DNA of 61,942 nt, the filler included. It is 4 parts of 4 records of this genome, joined end to end, with 100 filler letters (N's around TTAATTAATTAA, not from the genome) between each part and the next. Parts side by side here need not be neighbours in the genome. Positions count along the whole stretch, not along the records: positions 34,557 to 56,277 come from DRR378314_252; positions 56,378 to 61,942 come from DRR378314_260; 2 more parts are not named here. One strand, given 5' to 3'. The notes beneath the pieces are model-generated. The model searched no databases. It was not told the origin of the DNA and was given only the letters and a program-made list of their open reading frames with translations. Both the position numbers and the translations under genes were made by a program. Positions within the stretch are counted from its first letter, which is position 1, and each line of letters opens with the position of its first letter. Below are positions 50,899 through 61,942 of the stretch, piece by piece.

Positions 50899-53831
50899 CT
50901 ACATGCCATCAGTGGCCTTGAGATACTTGTCGTCGAACTGGTGCAGGCGCACGTAGCCTTCCTCACCACCAGACGCAAACATCGACCCGTCGCGCGTAAA
51001 GTCAAGCGCGTTCACGGGACCGAAATGTCCTGGAATGTTTCCGAGCTCGTTCTGTATGCAATAAAATTACCGCACACCGACGCGTGTGAAACGGTGCCCG
51101 CGAAACTGTGAGTTGCCCCGAGCATCCCCGACATCGAAAGAAGCAGCGCAGGGCGAGCGAGAAAGGCCAGCAGATCGCCACAGGAACGGGCAGCAAGTCT
51201 CGTCCTCTTCGTGCCATCCGTACTCAGACCGCAGTTTTGTTATGTTCGTTGCATCGCAGCAGCAGTTACAAGGAAATCGCGTGTAACGAGGGACAAGCAC
51301 AGAAATCAATCGACCACAAAAAAAGCTCTGGGGGGAAACACCCTACCAACGGCGGCAACGTTTACTCGATGTCGATCGCACTGCGCCACCAAACGGTCCG
51401 CCGCCCCAAGACGCAACGGACCTCGAAAATTGTGTGGAAGAAACGGATTTCGAAACGACCAGCTTTGCCTGCGGTCGTCGTCACCATGGACGCTTCTTGA
51501 CCACCTCCCGTGATGACATGCATCTTCAGAGGAGAAATCGCCGCGGCATTCACGGGCGCGGCTGTGGTATAGGTCTTCATCAGTTGCAACGTGCGGGTGT
51601 CAAACAGGCGCGCCGACATGTCGCTGCTCCGCCGCATACGATAGCCAAGGCGCCGCGTTAGCATCAAGCAGGCAACGGAAAGCACATACTCATGCGGCCT
51701 CGTACAGGGAACCTACTCAGACACACGAATTCAAGAAAAGCCAAGTTCTTTGGCGCAACTTACGAGGCGGCTTGCTATCCCATCTCCACCGGTAGCGTGG
51801 CACGCAACAGCGGCAAACACCCGCACCAGCTATCGAGGACAACATACTCTCGAACCCAAGCAGCTTGAGAAACACATACCTTGACGCGGTGATGAAGCAG
51901 CCTTGGTCCTTGGAGAACTGCAGGTCGCGCACTTCCTTCTCGTGCTCGTGAATTTCGCCGATACTTGTGCCGGTCTCCACGTCAATAACCCGCACGACGC
52001 CATCATCGCACGCAGCGAAGATCTGATTGTTCAGCGGTCCCCAGCGAGCTTCGTTGATGCGCGTCGAGGAGCTTCCGAAATCGCGGAGCACAATCTGCGA
52101 CTCTTGCGACTCTGTAGACAAAAAAAGCGCCCGGTTTTTTCGGACGGGGGAACAAGCCATTCCGCCGATAGAGCGCATAAGCATGCGGAAACGTAGAGCA
52201 GTAACATAGCGCAAGCGAGCGCTCTGCAAGGAGGCTGGCTGCGACGCGCACAGCAGCCTGTCCCAGGTGCTCTTTCCAGGGGATTGCCCATGTCCGACAG
52301 AGCGCACAGGATCGGTTGGCAAACACAATCCCAAACCTATCCGCACTCCGAGTGAGACATTGTTGGTGCGATATATGGGAAGAAGAAGAAATAGAACGCC
52401 GCAAGGAACGTACGTTGTGTGGGATCGTCACGATTAATTTGGTAGATATGGATGGCACCGGGGTCGCGCATGAACGGCTGTGTGACCATCAGCATATGCT
52501 GTTCGCCCAAGCTGAAGCGAACGGATCCGATGGGAACGCGATGGCGCCAGACAAAGAGCTGCATCATGCAAATAGTAAAACATATGTATGACGCGACCGA
52601 AAGGACACTCGTGAGCAAAATCGCTGCGCACCAGCCATTCCCGGCCCCCAACACGGTACATCGGGCGCTCCAGCGCGCGCCGCACGTTGCTCCACACACC
52701 GCAGGACCCATGGATAAGGCACGCTACCTTTGGCGCGAGAAGCAGAATGCAAAATACCGACTGAACACACAACCGATGCCGCCACGATCAATCGCGGAGC
52801 GGTGAAAACTCGCACGATGATACGGGCGTACAATGCCGCCGACGCGCGGAGAAGCGCTAGCGTGATGCAGGAAGCGCCTCACGTGCAGAGCGCTCGCGCA
52901 AGACATCTACGTGCAAGTATTCGCGGCACGAACGCAGCTTTGCTGTTCTCTGCCTGCAACATGCAAGCCCCTGCTTCTAAAAGAGCACCCGCAGATACAT
53001 AGACTAGTGCTTGCATATCCTGGTGAGCACAATATGCGCGCCGCGGGTCTTCTTCCCCGCGGCTTCGCGACGGTTTGGCGGTCGCAAGCGGTTCTCCCGC
53101 TCTGCGGCAGGGCCCCCGCGGTAGGGCCACGGCACGCAGCGCTCGCACCCGCTGGACCGCGTGTGGCGCTGCAGCCAAGGCATCACGGCCGTTGCCACAA
53201 CGCCCGGCGTCCATCCACGCCGACACAAATATACATAAAGAACTGCATTTGTACGAAACTGTGTATCGCGGTAATATACAGCCCCTCGCGGAAGGGCGGG
53301 GAGAAAAGAGGTAGAACGTCGCGCAGCGCGCCGTGGCGTGGCTCGCGAGGGAAACCGCAGGGCGGGGCCCCGCGCAGCGAGCCTGCGCCCGCAGCGTACT
53401 GTCGCGTTGCCTGTCGGCTCGACCACGCTTGGGAACGAAAAGAAAGAAAGGAGAACAAAAACGCGGCCCCTTTTGGGCCGTGCGAAACATGCGTTACATG
53501 CAAGTCATATAGTACACATATAATGGTTTCATTGTCAGTGTCGCTGTTCACAATACTTCCAAGGGAAGCGTACATTCTCGCCCGAGTTAACATCCCAAAG
53601 ACGCGCAGTGTTGTCAGAGCTTCCAGAGACCAGCAGCGACGAGTCAAAAGACACATCGAGCGAGTTCACCGCACCGCCGTGCCCGTCGTATGTTCCCCAC
53701 CGCTCCCCGTTCTCCGAATACCACGCTGTGACCATGCCGTCTTTGGCGCATGAGAAAAGGATATCGCCATCACTGTTGAATTTCACGCAAGTGAGAGGGC
53801 GCTCGTGTCCCTTAAGCGCGTAGATCTTCAT
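50899..53831 (-). CDS. EIF3I: Eukaryotic translation initiation factor 3 subunit I (WD40)
   Basis: Exons 53574-53831 (LKGHERPLTCVKFNSDGDILFSCAKD), 52414-52558, 51880-52111, 51422-51623 (GGGQEASMVTTT...GRFEIRFFH), 50899-51051 (GHFGPVNAL..SGGEEGYVRLHQFD). Confidence 0.96.
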
Positions 53832-56256
53832 AGCAGAAACGCGCACAGCTGCAGACGTCCTTCGTGCCTTGCAGAGCGCTGATTAGCGAGCACGCGAGCC
53901 CTTGTTGTTTGCGTCTATACCAACCACGCAGCGACGCTAAAAAAGCACTGCTATACCTACGTAAAGTGTGGAAACAAGATCACGTTTAGCGCTCACAACA
54001 AGGAAGCGAGCGGAGCGAGTGTCGCAGCGGGGTCCAGGCGGAAAGCGCGACAGCAGCAGCAAGCGCGACACCGGCGCACACTAGGCGACGCGCGCACGCA
54101 AGGGGTAGGTAGGTAGGTCGCGGGAGAGGGGGTGCCGGTGTGCGCGAATCGTCGACCGGGCCGTACGGCAGCGTTGCGGACCCCTCTTCAAAGACGTTCT
54201 TGTATGGACTCCCTCGTAGGACCCCCTTTCTCCTTCAGTGCCTGAACTGCGCGCGCGGGCCAGGCTACCCTCCAGTGCCCCCATCGGTGCGCCCGCTATC
54301 CACGCAGATCGCGTGGCAGCTACCTGAAAGGTGAAAATTCGCGCGCAGCGCCAAAAGCATTTTTTGCTAGTGCATGCGTGTCATATTGAAGGGCGCTGAG
54401 AGGAAAGCGAGACGTCCCCGAATGTGTCCGAACGCGCCGGCCAGCCTGGGCGGCAGCGGGGTCCCGCCAAGGGCGGTGTGCGCAGGGACGCGCATATGGA
54501 ACAGGCCGCGAAGAGAAGAAAGGCCCCGGGAGAAACGGCTGCACCGATGTATTCAACATGCTCAGCGACTCAGACGAGCTGCAACAAACGTCGGCCCGTC
54601 GATACGCTAGTAGGTAATGATACAATTCTAGCACACGCATCCTATACCGCGCAACACGGGCAAAGCCACCACCCTGCACGCGCCCAGCGCAGACAGCCGA
54701 CAACAGGGAGGATACGCCACACGTACAACCTGGGCACAATCGAGCTCGGTACCTCAGCAAGCACACCCCACGCCACATGAACACACACAGCCAACAAAGC
54801 AGCTTGGATCCAGACGTGACGGCAACGGGCGGAGTGCCGCAGCTATCCCGCCAGCACCCGCTATCGTGTGTGCGTGGGGGAGAACCACTTTGCACTTGTA
54901 AGCAAGCTCCAGCAGCAAACCACCACAATCGTAAGTGGAACGCCGTCTTCGCGGGCGCGAGGCTCGCCAACAGCGGAAAGCCTTACTGCGAGCAATGGTC
55001 CACTCGGAAAAAAAGATGACAGAGAAAAAAGAATGCTCAAGGATAAACGGACACACAATCTCTAACCGCCCACACGTTCCAGAATGCACAAACCAGCACA
55101 AGGCACCGATAGCCTCGCTCGCCCACGCCCTCGTGTCTCCGTTCCCCGAGGAAACGATGCGCGCGCGGCGGCCGCGCCCTATCTCGGAAGGATCCGCAAT
55201 AGAAAATCGAACAAAGACACGAACACCTCATGTCTACTGTTCAATTCGCAACCTCACGGCATCGTCCGAACTCGTCCCTCGGGACACAAGGTGGATGCCA
55301 TTCACACGCATCACAGGTACTGGCGAACAGAATGCACGTGCGCAGCGGCGAATCGCTGCTCGACGTGCAGCCGGGCCACGGCAACACAACAACATTGTCC
55401 CAAAACGCGGCCACTTCACCTCTTATCGTTTCTTCGCCATGTTTTCACGTACGGACCCGGCAATGAGAGCCGCAGGGACAATATGGAAAGCACAGCGAAC
55501 GCAACTTCCACCACAGCACGCGAACGAAGTAGGCCGAGAAAATTCAGCACGACACAGGCCGCGAACTAACGCATCTTGGCGTACAGTGACACACGCACAC
55601 ACGCACTTCCGCTTGCGCGGCACCGTACGCCTCAGGATGAAGATGACGACGCGGTGCCTCGAATGCGATCTAGCATATCGCCAAACACGCGCTCCTCTGC
55701 ACGGTTCGCACATGCACAAAGATGTTGTCGTAAGAGAGAATGTCAGCCCGGAATCACAGAGGTAGTGTTTCCACTGTCCATACACGAAACGTGAGGCTTG
55801 CGCACGCACAAGCACATGAAACATACAACCCGACTTTACTGCTTAACGATGGAGGGCAGTATAACCCTTGCACGCACTGTCGTAGAGCAGTAAGTCCCCA
55901 GGTGTCTCGGCACGCGTAGTGCGTGCCATGGGAAGCATACACCTCGTGCGTCGGAAAGTGAAAGTGGATCCGTGCGCGACATTGAAGAAGAGAAAACCAG
56001 AAATAAGTGGTGAAAAAATGATGCTGCCTACGATCGCAGCTGAAAGAAATAAATGAAGCTACGCGTGCGCAGAAGACGATCTAGCGCGCACGTGGCCTAT
56101 CGTGGCAACCGCGGCCGAGAGGGTGAGCACACGCTCTTCAGGGTCTTGTACACGCACTATGTACTCACGCATGCCCAAGACCCGCTGACCGCGATGTGAT
56201 AGTCCCGCAAGACGCCAATAGCGCACACGGAAAGCAAGCGCACCCCGCCCCCCCCC

Positions 56257-56277
56257 GCCGCCGCCGCCGCCGCCGCC
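56257..56277. repeat. (GCC)7 microsatellite next to a poly-C run at contig end
   Basis: ccccccccc followed by gccgccgccgccgccgccgcc runs into the Ns. Confidence 0.85.
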
Positions 56278-56377
56278 NNNNNNNNNNNNNNNNNNNNNNN
56301 NNNNNNNNNNNNNNNNNNNNNTTAATTAATTAANNNNNNNNNNNNNNNNNNNNNNNNNNNNNNNNNNNNNNNNNNNN
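56278..56377. other. Artificial assembly spacer N44-TTAATTAATTAA-N44
   Basis: Same 100-bp structure as the other two. Confidence 0.97.
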
Positions 56378-58795
56378 ATCGTAGTCACCAGTTGAAACCA
56401 TCTTTTGCGCCAAGTACGATTTCAGCATGGCAATGTACTCGGCGCTCGCCAGACTCGTCGCACTGCTGGAACCAGTTCGCTCGTGCGCCTCAGTCGGATC
56501 CCCGCCGCTATTCTCCCTCCGTTCTTCCTCTGTGGCGGTGTCCTTTTCGCTTACTCGGAGCAGGTTCATTGCATCATCAAATTTCCCTGCCAATAGCAGA
56601 ATCTCGATTTGCATCATTCTGAGTTCCTCCGTAGCTCCACTGCCGTCGTCTGTCTGCTGAAGCTCGGCGATGAGTTCTTCCATTTTCTGCAGAAACGTGG
56701 CGAGCGCGTCGGCGTTTTCCTGCTTTTCTTCGTCGCTTAGCTCAGTCTGTGACGCAATGCCGTGAATCTTTTTTCGCATCTCTGCTGTCAAAATCAGAGC
56801 AAGCTGACGATTTGACTTGATGACTTTCTTGCTGTCTTGCGAGGCCTTTGCAGCAAAGTGCGCGCTTTCCATGTGTTCCTTGGCGACGTCATACAGGCGG
56901 CGCGACACTAAGGCGCGCGCTCGCAGAGAGCCCATGTAGTACGCCATCGCGGAAGTAACTTCACTGCTCAATTTATCAATTTCATTGAGATAGACAAGAC
57001 ATTTTTTGGTCTGGCCCTGTGCAAAAGCCAATCGAGCTCGCGTGTACAGGAGCTCGGCGATCTTTGCTTCGAACTCAGTCGAGGATTCTCGCGTTGTTCG
57101 CGACGACGAGATTTTGAGCTCCTGCGCGATCTTGACAGACTTTGCTATCACCTCATCCTCCTCCTCCGCTTCGCCGAGTTTGTGAAGGATCTCGTGCAGA
57201 ACTTCGAGGGCACTCAGCTCCCTTCTCTTGTCGTTTGCGATTCTGGCTGCTTTCTCAGCACAGTCGATCAATGCGCGAGCTTCTCGGATCGCCTCGATTT
57301 GTACAAGGCGGATGGCCGTTTTGCATGCGCTCTCGCTGACCTTTTCCGCCAGCGTGCGGCTCAAGCGCGCGACCTCGAGGAGCAGCTCGACTGCCTGGTC
57401 AACTCCCTGAGACGCATCCATTTGTTTTTTGAACGTCCGGAGAATCTCGTTAAGCAAGTTTTGAACTTGCTCCTTCTGCTCAGTGTTCAATTCGGGAGCT
57501 ACCCTACGAGAGCGACTCGTCCTCGTGATACGTGTAAATATCCTGTCACAATTTCGTACTTTCTCGTCATTATGCTGCTTCTGCATCGTAGTGTCTCTCT
57601 TGCCGTGATCGTCTGATGTCTGGCTATCATTCGTACGTCCGGTGGTCCTTTTGTCAACTTCTGTTCGTATGTGGATCGAGTTGCCGATATTAATCTCACT
57701 CTGCCGCTTGCTACCAGCTTCTTCCTTGCTCAGCGTGCCTCTCTCGGTCTTGGTGCTCTTCGCTTCTTGCACAAAGGTGTTGTCCTTGGTCTTATTTGTA
57801 GTCTCTTCGCTGCTCTTTGTCTTATTCTCGATCTTTGTGCTCCTCGCTTCGTGCACAACGGTGTTGTCCTTGGTCTCATTTGTAGTCTCTTCGCTGCTCT
57901 TTCTCTTATTCTCGGTCTTAGTGCTCTTCGCTACGTGTACATCCGTTTCGTTTTTCGACATGCTGTTCGCCTCCTTGGCATTCAGCGTAGTCTGCTTCGT
58001 CTCTGTGCGCTTTGTTTCCGTTGTTCTGTTTTTTTGCCAGTTCGATTCTTTCGTTGCTTGCTTCTGGGCACTCGTACTGTGACTTTCCCTTTTCTTTGAG
58101 GACGTGGACCGCTCATCTTGCACCATTTCCTCCGGTGAATCGAGTGTTTCACAGTTGTCAATCTCGTCGTCATTGTCTTCTGTGCTCCCTCTTGAGACGG
58201 TTCGCGTAGTTATCGTGGTTCTCTTTATTGTTATGACTCGTTGAACGTGGGAGTTTTGAGACGATGACTCAGTTGAAGAACTCGAGGACGAATTGGAATC
58301 AGATTTTGAGAATTTTTCTCCAGTCTCGGAGCTTAGATTGGTGGCATTCGCAGAATCACTGAATGCCGTATTGTTCGTCGGGCTTGGCGAGGCATCAGGT
58401 TGAGGTGGACTAGGGTTCGATCCACCTTCGCTCACACTTTCCCAACGCTGCTCAGTCACGGAACGGAAGGTCTTTGCCTGCGCGGTGCCTTCATTGTGGC
58501 TTGAAGCATCCTGTTTCCGATCCGCAGTCGACGTCTCTTCCGTCATATTCGAAGAGAAATGGCTATTGCCGTGCTCCGTACTCTGGTGAAAGTCTGTCGA
58601 ATCTCTTTTTTCTTCCTTACAAACCATAAGAAACAAGGATAATTGCTCCTCCGCAGAAAGGCCGAAAAACTCGCTTAGCACGCGGAGCGCCTCACGCACT
58701 CGCGTCAGGTCGCCGCCCACAACCGCAGCCAGCGCCGCAACAGACTGCAGCAGCGGCGTCCCAACGACAACGCCCACCCCGCTCCTTTGAGCCAT
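56378..58795 (-). CDS. Large protein with S/T/E/K-rich disordered region, 28-aa repeats and C-terminal TPR-like helices; 3'-truncated
   Basis: Uninterrupted ORF of about 2.4 kb from a candidate ATG at 58795. TPR-like segments AELLYTRARLAFAQGQTKKCLVYL, GSLRARALVSRRLYDVAKEHM, IEILLLAGKFDDAMNLL. An upstream exon is possible. Confidence 0.7.
57743..57933. repeat. 84-bp coding tandem repeat, about 2.3 copies
   Basis: tgtccttggtct.atttgtagtctcttcgctgctcttt at 57781 and 57865; encodes AKSTKTENKRKSSEETTNETKDNTVVHE / ARSTKIENKTKSSEETTNKTKDNTFVQE. Confidence 0.85.
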
Positions 58796-59693
58796 GGCAC
58801 AACGTTTCCCTCGGTGGATCCGTATTTCACCTGCACCACAGCGCAACAAGTGGCATGTACGTGCATATAATTTAGCCAATAACGAAGCTTCGATAAATCA
58901 GGGATACAAATGAATGGCATGGAAATGGTAGCGAACACGCACGTGCTACGGGCAGCGCTGGGGCGGAGCGGCGGCGCGCCGCTCGGCTCGAGGCTCAAGG
59001 TGGACGTGCCCCCCCCGGCCTGCAACCGCCAGCACGCTGCGTCTGGCCCGCTACCCATCTGCCCCCAAATTCGCTTTTCTCCCAGCTCCTTATTAGAAAG
59101 ATAACGAAAGTAAAGTTCAAGATGGATATGGAAAAGAGAGAAACAGTGAAGTTGTAGGTTTCCGTTTGCTGTACCTGCAGGTATACTCCAGCAGGTCTTC
59201 CGTACGACTGGTATAGAGCGCGTAGCGGCGCGCGAGAGATGGGACGCGGCGGCGAGCGCGGGGAGAGAATCCCAGACAAACTGCTCGGAGCCGGGATGGC
59301 AGCGCGCGTGATGAGGGCGCCGTTGCCACTCCGATTGCGCTACTGGGGTTGGGGTTCAGCATTGCCACATCGGGGAGAGGAGGGCGCAGCGGCAACGTGT
59401 TGCACATTTGTCCAATATGTATTGAACAATCACGCCTAATGTCTGGTGCGACATCTGTGCAAATCAAGGAAGAAACACGAGGCACTGCGGCCGTATCCTT
59501 GCTCAGCTTTGCGAGAGTACTTCGGTTCCACCACACAAGCACTAGCTCGATGGAGTGACGAGTTCCCAGAGAATGCGGTCCACTCTCCTTTCGTCTTCAA
59601 TATTCACAATACATCGATGTCGCTATGCATCGGCTGTTCGCAAATGCGCGAAGCTTGTGCATGTGTGCTCCTCTTCGCATGCAGCACGGGCGG

Positions 59694-61942
59694 CTACAGG
59701 TAGTCGGCAACTATCTTGTTTACGAGAAGTTCACCGATCTTTTGTTCGATCTCGTCTGCAAGATCAACGGGTATGGCCGCTTGGCTGGTTGCAACGAAAA
59801 GAGCGAAATGGCACACAGAGGATAAACGAGGAGTACTGAGTAATTGCAGAAGACGATGCGGTTGGCGGCGGCAGGAATGCATACGGGCACGTCAAAGACC
59901 ACGGGCAACACAGCTCCGCGGTATGCACCCTTCCCCTCCGCATACGAAATTCGCCTGGAATTCTTAGTACATTTCGATCACGTCGATGATCTTCCCCGCA
60001 GTTACCGGCAGGACATAAGCAGCCCAGAGAGCAGACAAATAGACAAACGGACAAACGAAACGCTCTTGTACCCATCAAACGTGATTCTTGCGATGCGCCT
60101 CTCGACTCACATATCACGTACGTCTGCGCAGGGCTCTGTCGGGGATAAAGTGGCAGCCCGAAAGGGACCTCGTGCGGAGCGGGGGGGGGGACGTGAACCA
60201 AAACAACTCGCGAAAGCGCCAAGTTCTTCCATCACTCACGCACCTGAGCTTGTAAAATTCAAGCTTCATGTCTTCGGCTCCCTTGACGGTTTCATGCCTA
60301 CACGTCGCCTTGGCGCACGTTCCCTTGAAAGTGTCCGCCAGATCAGCGATAGGGCTCCGGCCGGCAGAACCTTTTCCGGGCTCCTTGTCTGCAACAGAAA
60401 GGACCGAGAAGTCTATAGCGCAGGGTAGACGGGAAAGGTTCCCTCCCATTTCTTCAACTGCTGTACTTGCTTCGACCTTTTCATTTTCTGACACAGTTTC
60501 ATTTATCAGGAGGACTACTTTAAGATGGGTCACATTATCGATTTCAATGGCACGCTGCGCGCAAAGAGTTGCGTGTTCTGCGGCGTGCTTGAACGAGAGT
60601 GCACCGGTGGTCGGGAGCTTTTTTCGCTGCTCGAGCAGCATCGAGTATCCATGAACGGTTCCGTCAAAGATGTTGCCAGCAATTTTTTTCCGCAGCGGAA
60701 CTGCATGGAGCGGTTCTGCGCCGCCCTGAAGCTCGTCGCGATTTTTGCAGAACTGAGACAAAGCTTCGAAAAGCGTGTCAATTTTGCTCTCCTTGGAATC
60801 TGAGAACAACTTCTGGAACCAGCCTTTGGCCATGTTCTTCGACTGGTCCAAGAGGAAAATGTAGCCGTACGACGGAATCAGATCCTTCAACGGAGAGGGC
60901 ATCACCGTGGGAGTTGGATTCGAAGAGGAAGATTGGGACCTGCTCGTGGATTCGTTAGCGGCGCCGTTTCCGTCGATCACCGTTAGCTGTTCCAACTCGG
61001 CGTTTTGTAGCGCAGAGTTGAGGTTATTCTCCATCGCCATAGTTGCCGACCGGCGAACTGGAATAAACATCAAATCTACGCGTTTCTGTTTGCAGGCCAT
61101 TGCAATACTGGCGTACTGCTTCTGGAGCGAATCGGCGTGGCTCTGATGTTCGTCTGTTTCTCGCTCCTGCACAGTTTCGCCGTGCGGCACAGCGTCGCCA
61201 ACAAGGGCCAGAATACGTGCACGGCCAAGCCAGCTCAGCGTCCCATCTTTCAGTGCGAACTCAAGAGCTCCGTTGACATCTTCCGCAGCATCATTACCTC
61301 CTTTCGAATTGAATAGAAGGGCCTGTAAACCAACGAGGTTTTCGAAGCTTTCCTTGGAAGGGCCGGTCTCGCTCGCCGCAGCAGGACGCTTGCTTGAGGA
61401 CTTGCTGCTGGCTTGGTACTGCGTGAATTCCCAGAAATCAATCTTGTATATGTGACTCGGCGATGCTGCCTTTCCGTCTCTCGCCTCGCCAACGACTTCT
61501 CCAAAGTCCTTGAACAGGACTGCCGCAACGCGAAGGCGAGCTTTGCCCGTGAGCGTGGCTGACAGCTTCGTCAGGGTCTTGCTCAGCACGTCAGGAAGCT
61601 GCTGTGCAAGCGTTTCATTGAAAGACTTCATGCTTCCTGTTACATCAACGCAGAGACATAGGTCCACTACGACATCTCCTCCGAATTTCTCTTGGTAGAC
61701 AACTGCATCGCGCGACTCTAGACCGGCTGTGCATTCTTTGCTCTCCCACCATTCCTTCGACTCGAATACTGCGGATTCCGTGTCATTCGCATCCGTCAGC
61801 CGCGCCAATTGGGTCTCCAAAGTCGCTGGAGTGTCTGGGTTCACAGAGGTGTCGGTATCATCAAGACCTATCCCTGCCTCCCCATTTCCATTGAAGAGCT
61901 CGCGCAAGGCACTCGGCAGCGCGTCTGCGCTGTGCGCTTCGA
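59694..61942 (-). CDS. Double von Willebrand A domain protein (VwkA-type vWA plus degenerate vWA); 5' end outside the window
   Basis: Frame open from the window edge to 60244: DLCLCVDVTGSM, RVAAVLFKDF, GGNDAAEDVNGAL, LSWLGRARILALVGDAVPHG, then YIFLLDQSKNM...LKVVLLINE. A 26-nt exon 59929-59954 and last exon 59694-59755 (DEIEQKIGELLVNKIVADYL*) are phase-compatible. Confidence 0.8.

Noticed and set aside
1..61942. Introner-like repeated introns, transposons, CRISPR arrays, tRNA/rRNA, telomeric repeats
   Set aside because: None seen by eye; introns appear unrelated to each other. A self-BLAST plus tRNAscan and Rfam runs would be needed to exclude weak cases.

Overview
Eukaryotic nuclear DNA from an unidentified GC-rich, intron-dense protist, probably flagellated because TTLL and TBC1D19-like genes are present. 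It uses the standard genetic code (TAA, TAG and TGA all end genes) and GT-AG introns. The window is four contigs joined by three identical artificial 100-bp spacers (N44-TTAATTAATTAA-N44), so gene order across them is not guaranteed. Manual exon assembly gives, in order: an unknown protein (-), a TTLL tubulin glutamylase-family ligase (-), an OSCA/TMEM63 channel (+), an unknown multi-pass membrane protein (-), a 5'-truncated RCC1-repeat/coiled-coil protein with a MADS K-box-like segment (+), MSH2 (+), an unknown low-complexity protein (-), a 3'-truncated TBC1D19 homolog (-), a DUSP12/YVH1-like phosphatase (+), condensin II CAP-H2 (-), ribonucleotide reductase small subunit (+), a glycolipid transfer protein (+), eIF3i (-), a repeat-containing TPR-like protein (-) and a double-vWA protein (-). 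Family assignments rest on motifs recalled from memory, not database searches. I found no mobile element, CRISPR array, tRNA or rRNA, and no clear multi-gene novel system. The best leads are the K-box-like exon in an RCC1 protein, four E2F-type sites in the CAP-H2/RRM2 divergent promoter, a possibly nested double vWA protein, a DUSP12 lacking half of its zinc ligands, and a GTRCG 5' splice-site consensus.
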